Below, in pieces: positions 22,424-35,096 of a stretch of DNA of 64,000 nt (position 1 is its first letter; the number at the start of each line of letters is the position of its first letter). Under the pieces are notes generated by a model that made no database searches, had not been told where the DNA came from, and was given only the letters and a program-made list of their open reading frames with translations. Both the position numbers and the translations under genes were made by a program. Source of the stretch: Psammoneis japonica. Its lineage: Eukaryota. The DNA lies in contig QPGO01000060.1 of assembly GCA_008632985.1 (NCBI GenBank), positions 124,001 to 188,000 of the forward strand, given 5' to 3'.

Positions 22424-22699
22424 TGACAGAAAATGAAGGCAAATGGCAAGAATTCAAACAATAACTCCTTACTGCTGTCTAAATAGCAGATGAGTCTCCG
22501 CTCAGAGACCGTTACAGGAGCCGAAAGACGTGTAAGTCGGTATAATCGGGCTACTGTTATTATTCTTGTGAGCCTTGTGGCTCGAAAGCAAACTACATCG
22601 CGCGTGAACGCGCGGAACTAAAGCACACAAAACTGTGCACGGTAAACTAAACAGCGCGCGATACTTCGCGCGCACCTAAATCCTGTTCAAATCCTGTCA
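22424..22699 (-). repeat. 5' LTR of the copia (retains TA and CG)
   Basis: It aligns without gaps to 15594-15869. Confidence 0.97.
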
Positions 22700-22704
22700 C
22701 CAGA

Positions 22705-25700
22705 CGAACTTTTCTCTCAATTGTCGTTCGACAATGGAGAGCATCAAACAATGGAAAAAACAGAGCTCGGCATTGTGTGATGTTTGCTGTCAAGCAGAGG
22801 TTGCTCACGGGGACTTGCATGACTTGACACATTCTTAAACTCAATGGACTGAATGTCTGCAAGAGTGAACAAAAGACTCTGGGGCATGTCTCTGCCATCC
22901 CTGTCGTCTCACGATGACGCACAAACTTCATGTCACCGATTTTTGGTGATGAGGCACGCAGCGCTCCAGGCATTTCTCACAGAGCAGAAAATCCTGAAAA
23001 ATCATGTCATCATGCCTTCACCCCTTTGTTCTGCGATGGCCTTAAATCCTCCCAATTTGGGACAAATCGAGGGATTTGAAGACAAACGCATGTCCATCGT
23101 TTCCATCAACAAATGTCCGCGATTTCAAATCAAAAACCTGCCCTCCCAACCAGGTTGTGCACATCAACAAGTTGGTGACAAAGCAACATTCCATCTGTGT
23201 TTTTCTGACTGACATTTGATCACTTTGCTTGTTTTCCAAAATCTTGATTTGTGGTGCATGTTTGCACAATTCAACAATGCAAGCATTTGGTTTGCACCGC
23301 ATTTTTACAACTGAATTTTTCAATCCCTTGTTGCTCTCCAGTTCATTTGTGACTTCCTTCAAAGCAGTCATGAGCTCCTGTGTCTTCTGCTCTGTTTGCA
23401 CCTTGTTCATGTTCTTGTTTTGACTGTCTCATGATTTCTCCCTTGCCTCCTTGAACTGGTTTGCCAGCTCCTGCACCACCCCTTGTGTTCCATCATCTCT
23501 TCTGGGTCTTTTTCCAACCAGGTGAATGTGCTTGAGTTGTTGTCTGTGTCCTTGCCTTCTTCTCTGCAATGACAAGCTCTGGCAGGATCCTCTCACAGAA
23601 GTCTTCTCCCCTGGTTGGGTTTCCTCCATTGTCCACCTCCACATCACAGTCTGAGCCAAAAGAGCTGTCCTTGTTGTTGCTCTTGCACACTCTGCATGCC
23701 ACACATCAAAGTTGTTCTTCAGGAGCATGTGGGCAAATGCTTTGGCACATGATGTGCCCATCCTTGTCTCCCAACCATTCTCTCCCACTGCTGGTTGCAA
23801 GCAACAGGCAGTTGCAGAACACCGTGTGCAATGCAGGGTTGGACAAACGCTCGTGGAATCTTTCCAGCAATGACAACACACAATTGTTTTTTGTGGCAAG
23901 TGCAAAGCTTTGTGCAACAAGGAATGCATCAACAACAATGTCAGTGTTTGTCTTGCTTGTCAACGCTGCTGGCCACACACTCTCACTGTGGCTGCAATTG
24001 GTCCTGCTGAGCCTGGTGAGCATTTGATTGCTTCAGTGCTGGCCACTCCTGATGCATTCTTCCTTTCTTCATTTTCATCCACAGAAAATGCAGGCATGAA
24101 GTTTGTTGCACCTCTGGAAGCTCCAACAGAGAGCATTCTGCATTCCATCCATCAGCACTGGTCCACAGTGCTGGGCAAAGTCTTTGTGCAGCATGCTCAT
24201 TTCCTCCATCTGCCTTTCAACAAACACAAACATGATGCTGAGAAACACCTTTTCTTTGACATGGTCTCTCACCTTGATTTTGCTGCATGCCCTGCCATCA
24301 TTGGCCATCCACTCAGCTGGGTTCACTTGCCTCTGGAATGTGGTTGTCATGATTTGGTTGGCACTTGGTTGTGTGGTGTTTTTTGCAAAGCTCACCTTTT
24401 GCTTGTCAGTCATCTTGTTGCCAGGGTTCACCATTGCAATCTGATCTCCTTTACAATCAGCCAATGCTCCCAGGTCAGGTGTGCATTTGAGCCTTCTTGA
24501 GATTGAAAATCTCCACACAAGCACCCACATTGTCATGTGTGGACAACATTGGCATGGAAATGCTCATGAAGTCCAATGCCTCCTGGGTTCAGTTCTCAAT
24601 GCGTGGATGCAAGTCCAGCAGAAAATTGTGCCTGTGCTGCAGCCAAAGAGTCAACCACTTTGGCAGGAGGAGATTGATGCTGACTGAAAAGAAATCTTCA
24701 ATGAGTTTCCCACCTCCCGGGTCAAGCAGCAGTGCACATGGACCACTTTGAATGCAAAAAAGCATTTGTGTTTTTGCCTCATGAAACTGGCAAAGTTTCG
24801 CCACATTCGCCACTGCTGTGGCCAAATGCAGCATGTCACACAAACATTGGCAAAGAAACCACACCCAACAGCCTTTGCATTGTCATCAATTGCACCTCTC
24901 CTGCTGTGGAGAAGGTGTTGCTGTCTTCAGCAACAAGATCTTTGCTTGGCAATGGAGTGAGAAGGTTCTGTCTTTGTTCTTCCGCAGTGAGGCATCACCA
25001 TCATCCTGAACAGACACACACCAAAATCTTCTTTAGCCTCATCAGCCAGCCCACAGTGGTCTCTTGTTGTCATTTGTGATGGTGTTGTGCAATGGTGTTG
25101 CAAAGCATCCTCACATGGTGCAGTGCACACTTCAAGAGTTTTGCACTCAGAAAAGGCGTCAGGGGCAATGTTGTCATCCTTGGAGCAACCCAGCATTTGC
25201 TGCTGAGTTTTCATCATGCAGGACATTCTGTGCAATGACACAGGGTGTTGTCAGGGGCAGGTTCTGTAATTCTGCCATTTTCTTGGTCAGATTCTTGAGA
25301 AGTTTGCACGGGAGTCCTCTTGCACCTTTGTCACTTGTGTGGATCACTCCTGGCAGCATCGCATTTGGCTGTGGAGCCACCATGCCCACATTTGAGCTGT
25401 TTCAATCATGCCAGTGGATGCTTGAGGTGCTGAGCCATGTTCCTCAATGGAGCTCTTGTAGGGCAGTCATGGCCATCGACACACTGTGCAATTCGTGCTC
25501 TCATCCACACCTGCTTCCTCTGCACTGTTCAACAAGAATTTGCCATGCCAAGAGAAAAACACTGAGGAGCACGCGAAACATTGTTCTGGTGTTTTGGATG
25601 GCACTGCCACATTCACAGCACACTCGGTCGAAACATGCTGTTTGTGCAGATGACCACTCTACACAGGGCAATGTCGGTTGTCTGCATCGGCACGTACTCG
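22705..25700 (-). mobile_element. Decayed TpA/CpG-depleted element, possibly a DNA-transposon remnant, with the copia inserted at its edge
   Basis: TA and CG are nearly absent. Broken minus-strand fragments ('VRDHVKEKVF', 'AFAHMLLKNNFDVW', 'GWKK') resemble diatom TE accessory ORFs, but the family could not be assigned. Confidence 0.5.
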
Positions 25701-26009
25701 AAACATTCACACTGGCATGATAATTTGGAAATTCACGGCCGGCGCTTGCTGCGACGGGCGATCGACGGGCACCCAAGTTTTTTGAAGCAGACATACCAAC
25801 AATGTTTTAGTCGTGGTTTGCTGATTTTGAATCACGACCGTTCTGTGGAAATCTACGCACGCCAGTACAAAACACAAGACGCGTAAACAGCAACGGTCAA
25901 ACGCCCAACACCATTGCCAATAAAACACGAACCAGTCTGATTGCTAGTTGTATTGTTATCTTACCAACCAGTTTTGCATACCCATCCCCTGACTTTATCA
26001 TTCAATTCA

Positions 26010-27659
26010 ATGGTATGATCTTTAGTGCTCCGAAGTGTGATTGTTTTCTTTCTCAATTGTCTCGCGACTCAAATTCATTCTCATTTCTTTTTTAAGTCGG
26101 GCTTAATTTCCTGTGTCGTATCTGGAGCGACATGGTGCTTTTGTTCCGCCATGGCCTCCTTATTGGGTGCTTGCTGTGGCAATGACAAGCCATCAACTGT
26201 TCCTCCCAGCGCAACGTCAGGCAGAAAGCGATCGGTGCTGCTGCTGGTGTACGCAATTGCCCTCGCCTTTGCGTTTCAGTACGGCGTAGCACCACATCTT
26301 CAGGACCCCACAATCGACAATTATGTGTCGAGGAGTTGGACGGATGGATGCGAGGATTCGGGCTCAAAGGAGTTGGAAGAGCGATGCTCTGGAAATGCGG
26401 GCGTGTATCGCGTTTCTGGAAGCGCTCTCTTGTTCTTTTCTATTGCAGCCGTCGCCGCGGCATGCAAACCTACGGCGAATAGGGAGGCATGGCCAGCCAA
26501 ATACGTTTTGTTCTCCTTCCTAGTTTTGGCTACTGTCTTCATTCCAAACAGTCCCTTGTTCCTCGACATTGTGATGCAGATCTCCCGCATAGGTGCCGTC
26601 GTTTTCATCCTATTTGACGTGATTATTCTGATTGATATAGCTTATAATTGGAACGAGAGTTGGGTTATTAAATCAAACGAAGCAGAAGCAGAAGAAGAGG
26701 GCTCTGGAAAAAAGTGGCTATATGCCATTCTCTTTTCATGCTTTGTCTTTTTTGCGGGATCCATTGCTGCGATTGCCGTTTTGTATAATTACTTTTCTGG
26801 ATGCGGTACCAATGTGGCCTTTATCACAATTACGCTCGTATGAGTATCATTGTTACAGTGGCGCAGCTGCTTGGAGAGGAGGCTAGTCTTTTGACAAGCG
26901 CCACAATCGTGGCATATTCGACGTATCTATGTTACATTGCCGGTAAGACAAGTCTGCTGCCTTGCTTCCAGCGTGGGTTGTTATCTTTTCTCGTTCGTAC
27001 AACTGAATGATCCTTTTCAAATTTTGTAGTTTCCAAGAACCCCGACGGCGAATGCAATCCAACCTTGGGAGATACAGATATTTTGGGCATCGTCCTCGGA
27101 GTCGGTGTTTCGTTAGTGGGCTTGGCTTGGACAGGGTGGTCCTACACCGCAGAGGAGAGAGTGCAGGGCACAAGGTAAGTTGTTTCTAGTTCTTGCCCTC
27201 GTTGACGGTTGTTTCATGCTGTGCATCCCTTTACTCTAACATCTATTGTCAAATAATGTTGTCACATGAAACAGCGATGCTTCGGAAGAACCGTTGGTTG
27301 ACGAAAAGGGAGAAACATCAAACGAGGAACGAAAAGTGACCGGAGTGGTGACGGGACAAACGTATGGATCAAATGTTGGTGTCACAGAAGCGGCAACAGA
27401 TGATTCTTCAGAAACCGAAGAGGGAAAGCGTTCCTTTTCAAACTCATGGAAACTAAACGTTATCCTTGCGCTTGTCACCTGCTGGGTCGCCATGTCGTTA
27501 ACAGGATGGGGAGCAATCCAATCTGGTGGAGATGCAGCAAACCCCGACGTCGGAAAAGTTAGTATGTGGATGGTCATTGCATCTCAGTGGCTAATGCTAA
27601 CTTTGTACTCGTGGACGCTGGTGGCGCCAAGACTCTTCCCTGACCGAGATTTCTCGTAG
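26010..27659 (+). CDS. Serine incorporator (SERINC/TDE) family membrane protein
   Basis: Motifs include 'CSGNAGVYRVS', 'AWPAKY', 'IDIAYNWNESW', 'SLLTSA', 'AMSLTGW' and the C-terminus 'LYSWTLVAPRLFPDRDFS'. An ATG-only first exon (26010-26012, intron 26013-26096) is probable. There is an apparent 1-bp frameshift at ~26838 and further introns near 26942 and 27174. Confidence 0.9.
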
Positions 27660-28447
27660 TTCCATCTTCTATTTTTCTTTCCTTTAATTATACTTTTGTA
27701 GCATACCATACTTTTCTTTTTTTCTTGCGATGCGTTCAACTGGAGCTCATCTGGTTTTACTCTCTCATCCGCTTGACCACCTCTTGGGCTCTCTCTAGCT
27801 CTATGTCTAGTGATAGAGTATTTGAAAGCTGTTTTGCTGTAAGATGCCCCTGCATTGCTATCTCTCTCACTCAGTTTGAGATCTGAGAAACGGATAGAGG
27901 ATGGTCTAAAACAATGACAGATAGACATGAAGGCGATTTTGGAATGATTGCGTGGCTCTTTTTTGGCTCAATGCACGTGGAAGTTGAGGGCTTCGAAGGG
28001 ATGCACAGCAATGGCAGTGAGGCCGATGGGATGCCAACGTGAGTATCTAGACTAGAAGAACTAGTAAGCTAGTTTGAGAGAGATAGCTACTACTCTCTAG
28101 AGGCCTCTAGTAGCTCTAGAGTAGAGAGGGTCCTGTAGCGTTAGATAGACAGAGCTCTCTAGTAGAGTAGAGCTAGACTCTCTAGAGGGCCTAGAGTAGA
28201 GAGAGAGTAATAAATAAGTCGTCGTCCTCATCTCGCCCTTCCGTCGTCGCGTTCCCAAACCGACGGGTGGACGGACGGATCGACAGGATTCCGGAAGTCT
28301 TGCCATCGTCCGTTTCCCGTCACTTTCTATTTCCTGAAGATTTTTTCGCAACAAGAACCCTACGATGATGCTTGAGCCGATAGCGACGCAGCAGCGACAT
28401 AAACCAGTAGAGTACGAGAAAAATTGTACCATTGTTTAAGTCATAAC

Positions 28448-30151
28448 ATGGTAACCGTCACGACAGTTGTTAGTCCCAAGTTTCCCTTCTTGACCGTCGG
28501 CCACATTGAAGAATGGGCAGCCCTGGGTCCTCCCTCGCATCAACGGCCCACTTCAAAAGACGAACAAGCAGCCTTGCAGGAACGGCGACAGCAACGGAAT
28601 GAGTTGAAACAGAAATTACTAAAGCTGGGGCCAGAAGAAACCTCTCCCAAGTTACTAGAAAGAGAGTTGAATAGATGTGCTCAGTATCTCTGGGACTTTC
28701 AGACGGATGACAGCAACAACAACGCTTGGAGACTGCATCTCTTCTCCCAGCAAGACAATCGACCGGCATATCAGCAAGACCCGAGCCATCCCGACAATAT
28801 CATGGATTATCGAAGCGAAGGAGGTCCCTTGCTCCAATATTTATGGGCGCCCAATGATCAACCCATTCAAGGACAGAGTTTGTATCTGGGTGGGGAAGTG
28901 GGATCCGATGGCAACATTTATTGCATTCCCGGTCATGCGGAACGCGTCTTGAAGATTGACACCCACAACAATACGATCGAGCCGATTGGTCCCAAATTGA
29001 ATACCAGAAATGGTCGCTTGTTCAAGTGGTTGCGTGGGATTGTTGTGGATAATATTATTTATGGATTGCCCTGTCATGCCGATTCGATTCTCCGAATTGA
29101 TGTGAAAACTCAAACCGTCTCGCAAATCCCTATCCCCTTTCAAGACTTTTATTCCGACCCACAACAAGCCAAAGAACAACGGTGTGTGAATTGGAAGTAT
29201 CATGGAGGAAGTATTTGTCCGTTGGATGGTTGCATTTACGCCATTCCCCAAGCAGCCCATCGTGTGCTGAAATTGGACCCCACAACCGAAACAATTTCCC
29301 TCGTCGGACCGGAACTGCCGGGCAAGTGCAAATGGTATGGCGGGATTGTCGGCAAGTCTGACGGTGCCATTTATGGCATTCCACAAAACGCGGCGGGAGT
29401 CTTGCGCATTACACCTACCAAAGTGACGGTCCACGGCGACTTTGGACAAGGCCAGCACAATTGGCATGGCGGAGCCGCGGCGGGCAATGGCGTGATTGTG
29501 TCGGTTCCAGCCAATGCGGATACCGTCCTGTGTATTACTCCCGCGGACACTCAAGACGGAGAACCTACGCTGCGAGAAATCGGAAACTCGTCCTTTATTC
29601 AAAGCGGTCGGCATCGCAGTGATGGCAAATACAAGTACCTCGGAGCCATGTAAGTCTACACTTTTTGAAGCTTTAAATGCATTGGCAGAAAGCATCCACC
29701 ATGCAACTCACTCATTCTCTTCTTTTATATTCACAGGGCCGGCACAAATGGCAAAGTCTACATCTTTCCATGTGCTTCTGAGTATGTCTTGCAAGTTGAT
29801 ACCCTCCACTTTGTAGCCAAAAACGTTGGACCAAATCTACGAGAAACAGGCATGGAATCCGTCCATCAAAACAAGTGGCAGAACGGATTGACATGCCTAC
29901 AAGACCAATGCGTCTATGGGATGCCCCTGTCTGGTCATACCTTGTTGCGGATTGATTGTTCCGAAACGACGGCCGACGAGGATTCTCCCGATCCCGTTGT
30001 GACGACTTGGAAATTGCCCTCTCCTCGAATTGAATGCCGAGACAAGTTTGAAGGTGGTGTCTACACTGATTCTGGAATCATGTATACGGTGCCAAACAAT
30101 CACAAGGGCGTGCTGCGGATTGAACCTGCGAATCTGGCATCTAAGCATTGA
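28448..30151 (+). CDS. Uncharacterised beta-propeller-like repeat protein
   Basis: About seven repeats of W-x-G-G...D-G-x-I-Y-x-I-P-x-x-A-x-x-V-L-x-I-D. The intron at 29650-29736 restores 'LGAM-AGTNGKVYIFP'. Confidence 0.8.
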
Positions 30152-30796
30152 CAGATTGCTCCTTGGGTTGAAAAAGGATCATCGTCTTATCACTAGAGTA
30201 GCAATTACACTCTCACACTAGCCAAGCCACGACTTAACTAGGAGTAAAATTTCGGATGCGTTGGCGTGCTGTCAGATTCCAACCAGGAGGAGGAGTAGGG
30301 TGAGGATAAGGTTAGATCGGCACACCACCCGGTTGGACAGTTTTTGCGCGCTTTCTTTTTCACGCCCGCTCGGCGTTGGCGGCGTAAGGCTAGAGATTTG
30401 AAATTTTCTGTTAGAACAGCAGCAAAAGATTGGAAGGATCCACAGAACTTATGCCACTCATTGGCTTCTCCGCCTCTCAAGCAAAACGCACATTTGATTG
30501 TGACTGCTGGTGACGACCGGGAGAGCAACGATGCAGCACCGCTGTATCAACCATAAAAGAACACGGCTGTTTCCAAGAGGAAGTTGGGCCTTTTCAAAAC
30601 CATCCAACTCGAGGAAACCATCTGCAGGAAGGAGGTCACTGGTGTCGCCCACCATTTGAGTGTGGTGCAACTGCCATTTATCAGGTGCTGTATGAAACTG
30701 CCAAGTCCACGGCATTGTGCAACTACGATTCAAAAAGGAATAGGAATGGGATTAAGGAATTCACTCCGGAATTATAGGAAACTCCCCACAATAAAT

Positions 30797-33700
30797 CTAA
30801 ATGTCTGTGTCCATAGGTGCCGGCAAGTTACTCTCCGATTCTGGAACAACCGCCTCTGTCTGGCGCGAAGACTCATCTTGAGCAACAGTCTGGGCTTCAT
30901 TTGCTTTGGCCTCTTCCTCCCTCTTCTTTGCGATTTCCTTCTCTCGCTTCTCCACTTCTTCGTTTTCCCTCTCCACAATCTTTACAAGAAGATCGCATCG
31001 TTTCTGAATCTCCAGTGCGCTACGTGACTTGAAATGCCAATCGAATCGGAACTGCCATGCCCTCCGGATTTCCATGCGAATCCTCTCCGCAGCACCATAG
31101 CCGTGGCGGTGCATCATGCAAATGAGAAAAGCATCCTCCGTTCGCTGATAATTCCTGCCACGAGTACCCGTACCATAGTTAAGTTTCATATCCTGCCAAG
31201 AGTCCTTCAGAAGCTCATTCGCGGAAGGAAGGCTTTTCAAGCGCTCTTTTCCTTCCTTTTCGTCCAGGTAATAGGGGCCAAATTTTTCCTCGATGTGGCG
31301 TTCCACTTTTTGCTCGATGGCTTTTCTTACTTCTCTCAAGCGAAGAATCTTCTTCTCTCCCCGTTCGACTTTTTCGATCACCTTCTTCCAATCACCTATT
31401 CTCCGATAGTTGGTCCAGAACGCCACAAAGTAACGCTTGACTTCCATTGGATCCTTGCCGCACTCGAGTTCGACGTCCTTGACGATACTGTTGATGTTAT
31501 ACCGTCCATGACGTTCCATACTAGAGCAGAAAGCCTTGAAGTCCTTTTTCGACCAATCGGGGAATCCCTCTGCTAATAGACGTTCCTTCTCCGCTTTGTC
31601 TTCAGGTGTCAGCTGGAATTCACTTAGCTGCTGCTCCATGGTGTGAACGGTCTGCATCGTTTCGTGATAATTGGCCGCTGCCGGGTTTGTTTGCGCGCGA
31701 ATCTCCTTGATCCGACCTAGTTGCTTCTCCTTGGCAACAGCTAATTCACGCTCCTTCTCTGTAATAGCGTTAAGGCGTTCCTTGTCGAAGAGCTGGAAAT
31801 CGTGCGTCGTCGGTCCCTTTCGACGCTTTTTAGTGGCCGCATCGGCTGCGTGAGCTTTCATTCCACTCGAACCTCCTGTGTTCATTGTCTCTCGAAAGTA
31901 CTCGTTCACATCGTAATTGCGTTTGCGCTCACGTTGAGGTAGGTTGATAAAGTTACCGGCCGACTTCTTGTCTGCATCACGATAGTTCTTTCCTGCAAAA
32001 TCAAAGGTGTCAATGCCAGTGTCGTCTTCCGCCAACAAAGAGAAATTCGCAAGATTGTGTTGCGTATCCGTCTGCAGCTTTGCTTGGATAGCGCTCGTTT
32101 TTGCTTCACCCTTGGCAATCAGCGCATCAATGTCTTCATCGGTATAGGTACCGCCTTTTCCGCTGATAATCTGGTCTGCACCAAATCGCACCATGCGCAT
32201 GAGCTCATCTTTCTCCAACGACGAGTGCTGCTCGGCGAGACGACCTTGCTGGATAACTGCAGCGTCTAGAAACAGCTTTCTATCCGCACGTTCGATAATT
32301 TTTTCCTCCACGGTTCCCTCGGAAATGAAGCGGAAGACCTGTACCGGCTTTTTCTGTCCGATACGGTGAGCCTGCACAAGCCAAAGAAGCAGCAAAAGGG
32401 TGAGCAATGAGGATTGATAGAAAGGCAAACACGAAAAAGAAAAGATAATTCACTCACGCGATCCATTGCTTGTAAATCAACCTGTGGATTCCAGTCACTA
32501 ACAAGCAAAGGATGAAATAAAATGAGATGAGTACAACAAAGAGTCTGTCAACTTCCGCTAGAGAACAATCTCGACATACCTATCAAAAAGAATAACAATG
32601 TCAGCTGTAGCCAAGTTGATCCCTAGACCTCCCGCTCGAGTGCTGAGCAGAAAGGCAAACTTGCTCGAACCTTCCGCGTTGAACTCTTCCATTTGCGAGT
32701 CACGTTTCTCACCGTCCGTGTTGCCGTCAATGCGACAATATTCATGACCAATGATACGAAAGTAATCCTCGAGGATGTCAAGAACACGAGTCATTTGACA
32801 AAAGATAAGAACACGCGATCCGTTTGCCTTGAGTTTGGGTAGCAGTTTATGCAACAGCATCATCTTCCCGCAATTTTCCCACAAATGTGGACCATCCGAG
32901 TAAGGAGGCCCGGCTTCTGCGCCATCAAAGACTATAGCAAGATATGGCGCAAGAAGGGTCCAAGTGAGCGCATCGTAAACAACAACGGGCAAGAAAGAGA
33001 CGCGGTTCCGCGAGAATCAGAACTTACGATAGGGATGGTTGCAGACCTTTCTGAGCTGCATGAGAATGTTCAAAAGACGGACTCGGTCCGGTCCACCCAA
33101 GCTGTTGAGCTCGTGCGCGTCTTTGCGAAGGACCCGCGTGTACCATTCTTGCTGCATCGGCGTCAAGCCAACGTATAACTTCGTCTCCTTCTTTGGTGGC
33201 AGTGCGCAAGCAACATCCTTCTTGACACGGCGAAGCATAAAAGGGCGCAGCACCGTGTGAAGTTTCTTGATGACGTTTTCGTGTCCTTGATCATCAGACA
33301 AACTGAACCACTCGTCAAATTGTTCGGCATCGCCAAAAATGTCGGGCAACAAAAAGTTCAAAAGTGCCCACAACTCGTGAAGGTTGTTTTGGAGCGGCGT
33401 TCCTGTAATCAAGACGCGAAACTGTGTGTTGAGCATTCGGACCGCCTTGCTGAGAGACGAGTTCTCGTTCTTGATTCGGTGAGCCTCGTCGATCATGAGA
33501 CTGATTTATAGAGATGAGAGTGATCATGGAGTGAGAACGCATTAAGAAAAATGAAAAAAGTGTGTAAGGATCATACTTTTTACTTACTATTTCCAATCCA
33601 CCTTGGAGAACTTTCCTTTTTCCTTGAGGACGCCCTCGTAACTCGTGACAAGGACATCAAATTTATGCCTGCCTGTGACGGGGTCGGGCGGCAGATCGTT

Positions 33701-34857
33701 CTTGATGACTTTTGCCCGTTCATCCTTGGTACCTCCCATACGAATCGCTCGGATACTGGGGCACCACATCTTGAACTCCCGAATCCAATTGCCCACCACA
33801 GACTTTGGCACCACTACCAAGTGCGGTCCCTTGACTCCTCTCGATTCCCTAAGGTAAGCGAGAAGCGAAATCGTTTGTAACGTCTTGCCCAATCCCTAAA
33901 AAAATTGGAAATAGCAATTGTGAATCAAGCAATGACAACGGGGAAAAAGAAGTGGAAACGAAAATGGGTTTTACCATTTCATCCGCCAGAATCCCGTTGA
34001 TGCCATGGTCGTGCAGCTTGATGAGCCAGTTGAGTCCTTCCAACTGGTATCCGTGCATTTTGCAGTGTGGAGCGAGGATTCCTGGCTGCTTATCCAATCG
34101 AACCGTGCGGCGCTTGGACTGAGCGGACTTGAGCAAGTTTGCATCCTCTTCTGCTTCAGTTAGACGACCACGAGAGCCCTTGCCTTTTCCTTTTTTCTTC
34201 TTCCCTCCAGCAGCCACAGAGCCGGCAAGGAAATGCGCAAACACATCTGACTGAGCCAAGAGGTACTGCAATCGGTCTCCCGCAGTCGCCGGTCCCGCAG
34301 CTTGCAACTTTTTCTGCTCGGCAGCCATGAGCTCCTTCCGCTCCTTCTCCGTTTCCTGCATCTCTATGCGGTCCTCCTCCTGCATCTCCTTGAGCCCCTC
34401 ATCGTCGTCTTCCGATTTCTCGAAATCTTCGTCGTCTTCGTCTAGGCTGCTGTTCTTTTCTTCTTCTTCCAAGCCCTCGAGATCCAAGCCTTTCGGTGTA
34501 AACAAACAAACAAGGTTGCGTAAGATATCGAATGTTCGATGACAATGTTCGTAAGTTATGTTTGGAGCCATTCGCATCTGCATGGTCTATCGATAAGCTG
34601 TTCAATGAGCCAATATGAAACCATATGTAGTTCCTATGGCTGCCAGCAATACCCGTGCGCCGATGACCTGAAAAACCGTGCATACATAGCGAGTGCAACC
34701 ACACCCACCGCATCACATTCGATTCGCCGCTCGTCGCTGCATTCTGCGACTTACCTTCAATCTCAACATCAGAATCATCGTCAGCAGAGTTCTCTATCGA
34801 TATCGCCTTGTTCTGATCGGCAGCGCCGGCCGCATCTGTTGCTTCCAATGACGCCAT
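30797..34857 (-). CDS. ISWI: ISWI-family SNF2 chromatin-remodelling ATPase (multi-exon)
   Basis: Motifs [56 protein letters not shown], and a C-terminal HAND-SANT-SLIDE ('[10 protein letters not shown]'). Confidence 0.93.
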
Positions 34858-34939
34858 GGTACAATCTCAAATCGCTGTCTCTGTCTCGCAGTGAGCAGTG
34901 AGTGCGCAAGCTACAGTACCCGTCGTAGCTCTACGTAGG

Positions 34940-35096
34940 CCTACTACTAGGCCCTAGCCTACGTACGGTACCGTACAATAGAGCATTTGCCGCGCGCTTT
35001 TTTCTCGTGAAGTGATGAGTTTGCCTACTAGGCCCTACTAGAGCCTACGTACGGTACCGTACAGTAGAGCATTTGCCGCGCGCGCTTTTCTCGTGA
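34940..35096. repeat. Tandem ~70-bp duplication containing 14-bp palindromes in the divergent ISWI/cbbX promoter
   Basis: GTACGGTACCGTAC occurs at 34963-34976 and 35049-35062, each followed by A(A/G)TAGAGCATTTGCCGCGCGC...TTTTCTCGTGA. Confidence 0.85.

Larger units (their letters stand above)
15594..22699 (-). mobile_element. Full-length Ty1/copia (CoDi-like) LTR retrotransposon
   Basis: 276-bp LTRs at 15594-15869 and 22424-22699 have TGACAG...CTGTCA termini. The 5-bp TSD CCAGA lies at 15589-15593 and 22700-22704. A purine tract (minus strand ...TGGGGAG) abuts the 3' LTR, and there is a single gag-pol ORF. Confidence 0.97.

Noticed and set aside
22424..22699. Classical RIP (CA>TA) acting on the 5' LTR as the cause of the LTR differences
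   Set aside because: It would also need TG/CA>CG gains in the same LTR. Conserved Pol tyrosines and the TA-free old elements show TA is being lost, not gained.
28841..29695. 284-aa antisense ORF (and similar ones at 36315-37235 and within metH)
   Set aside because: These are shadows of real genes on the opposite strand.
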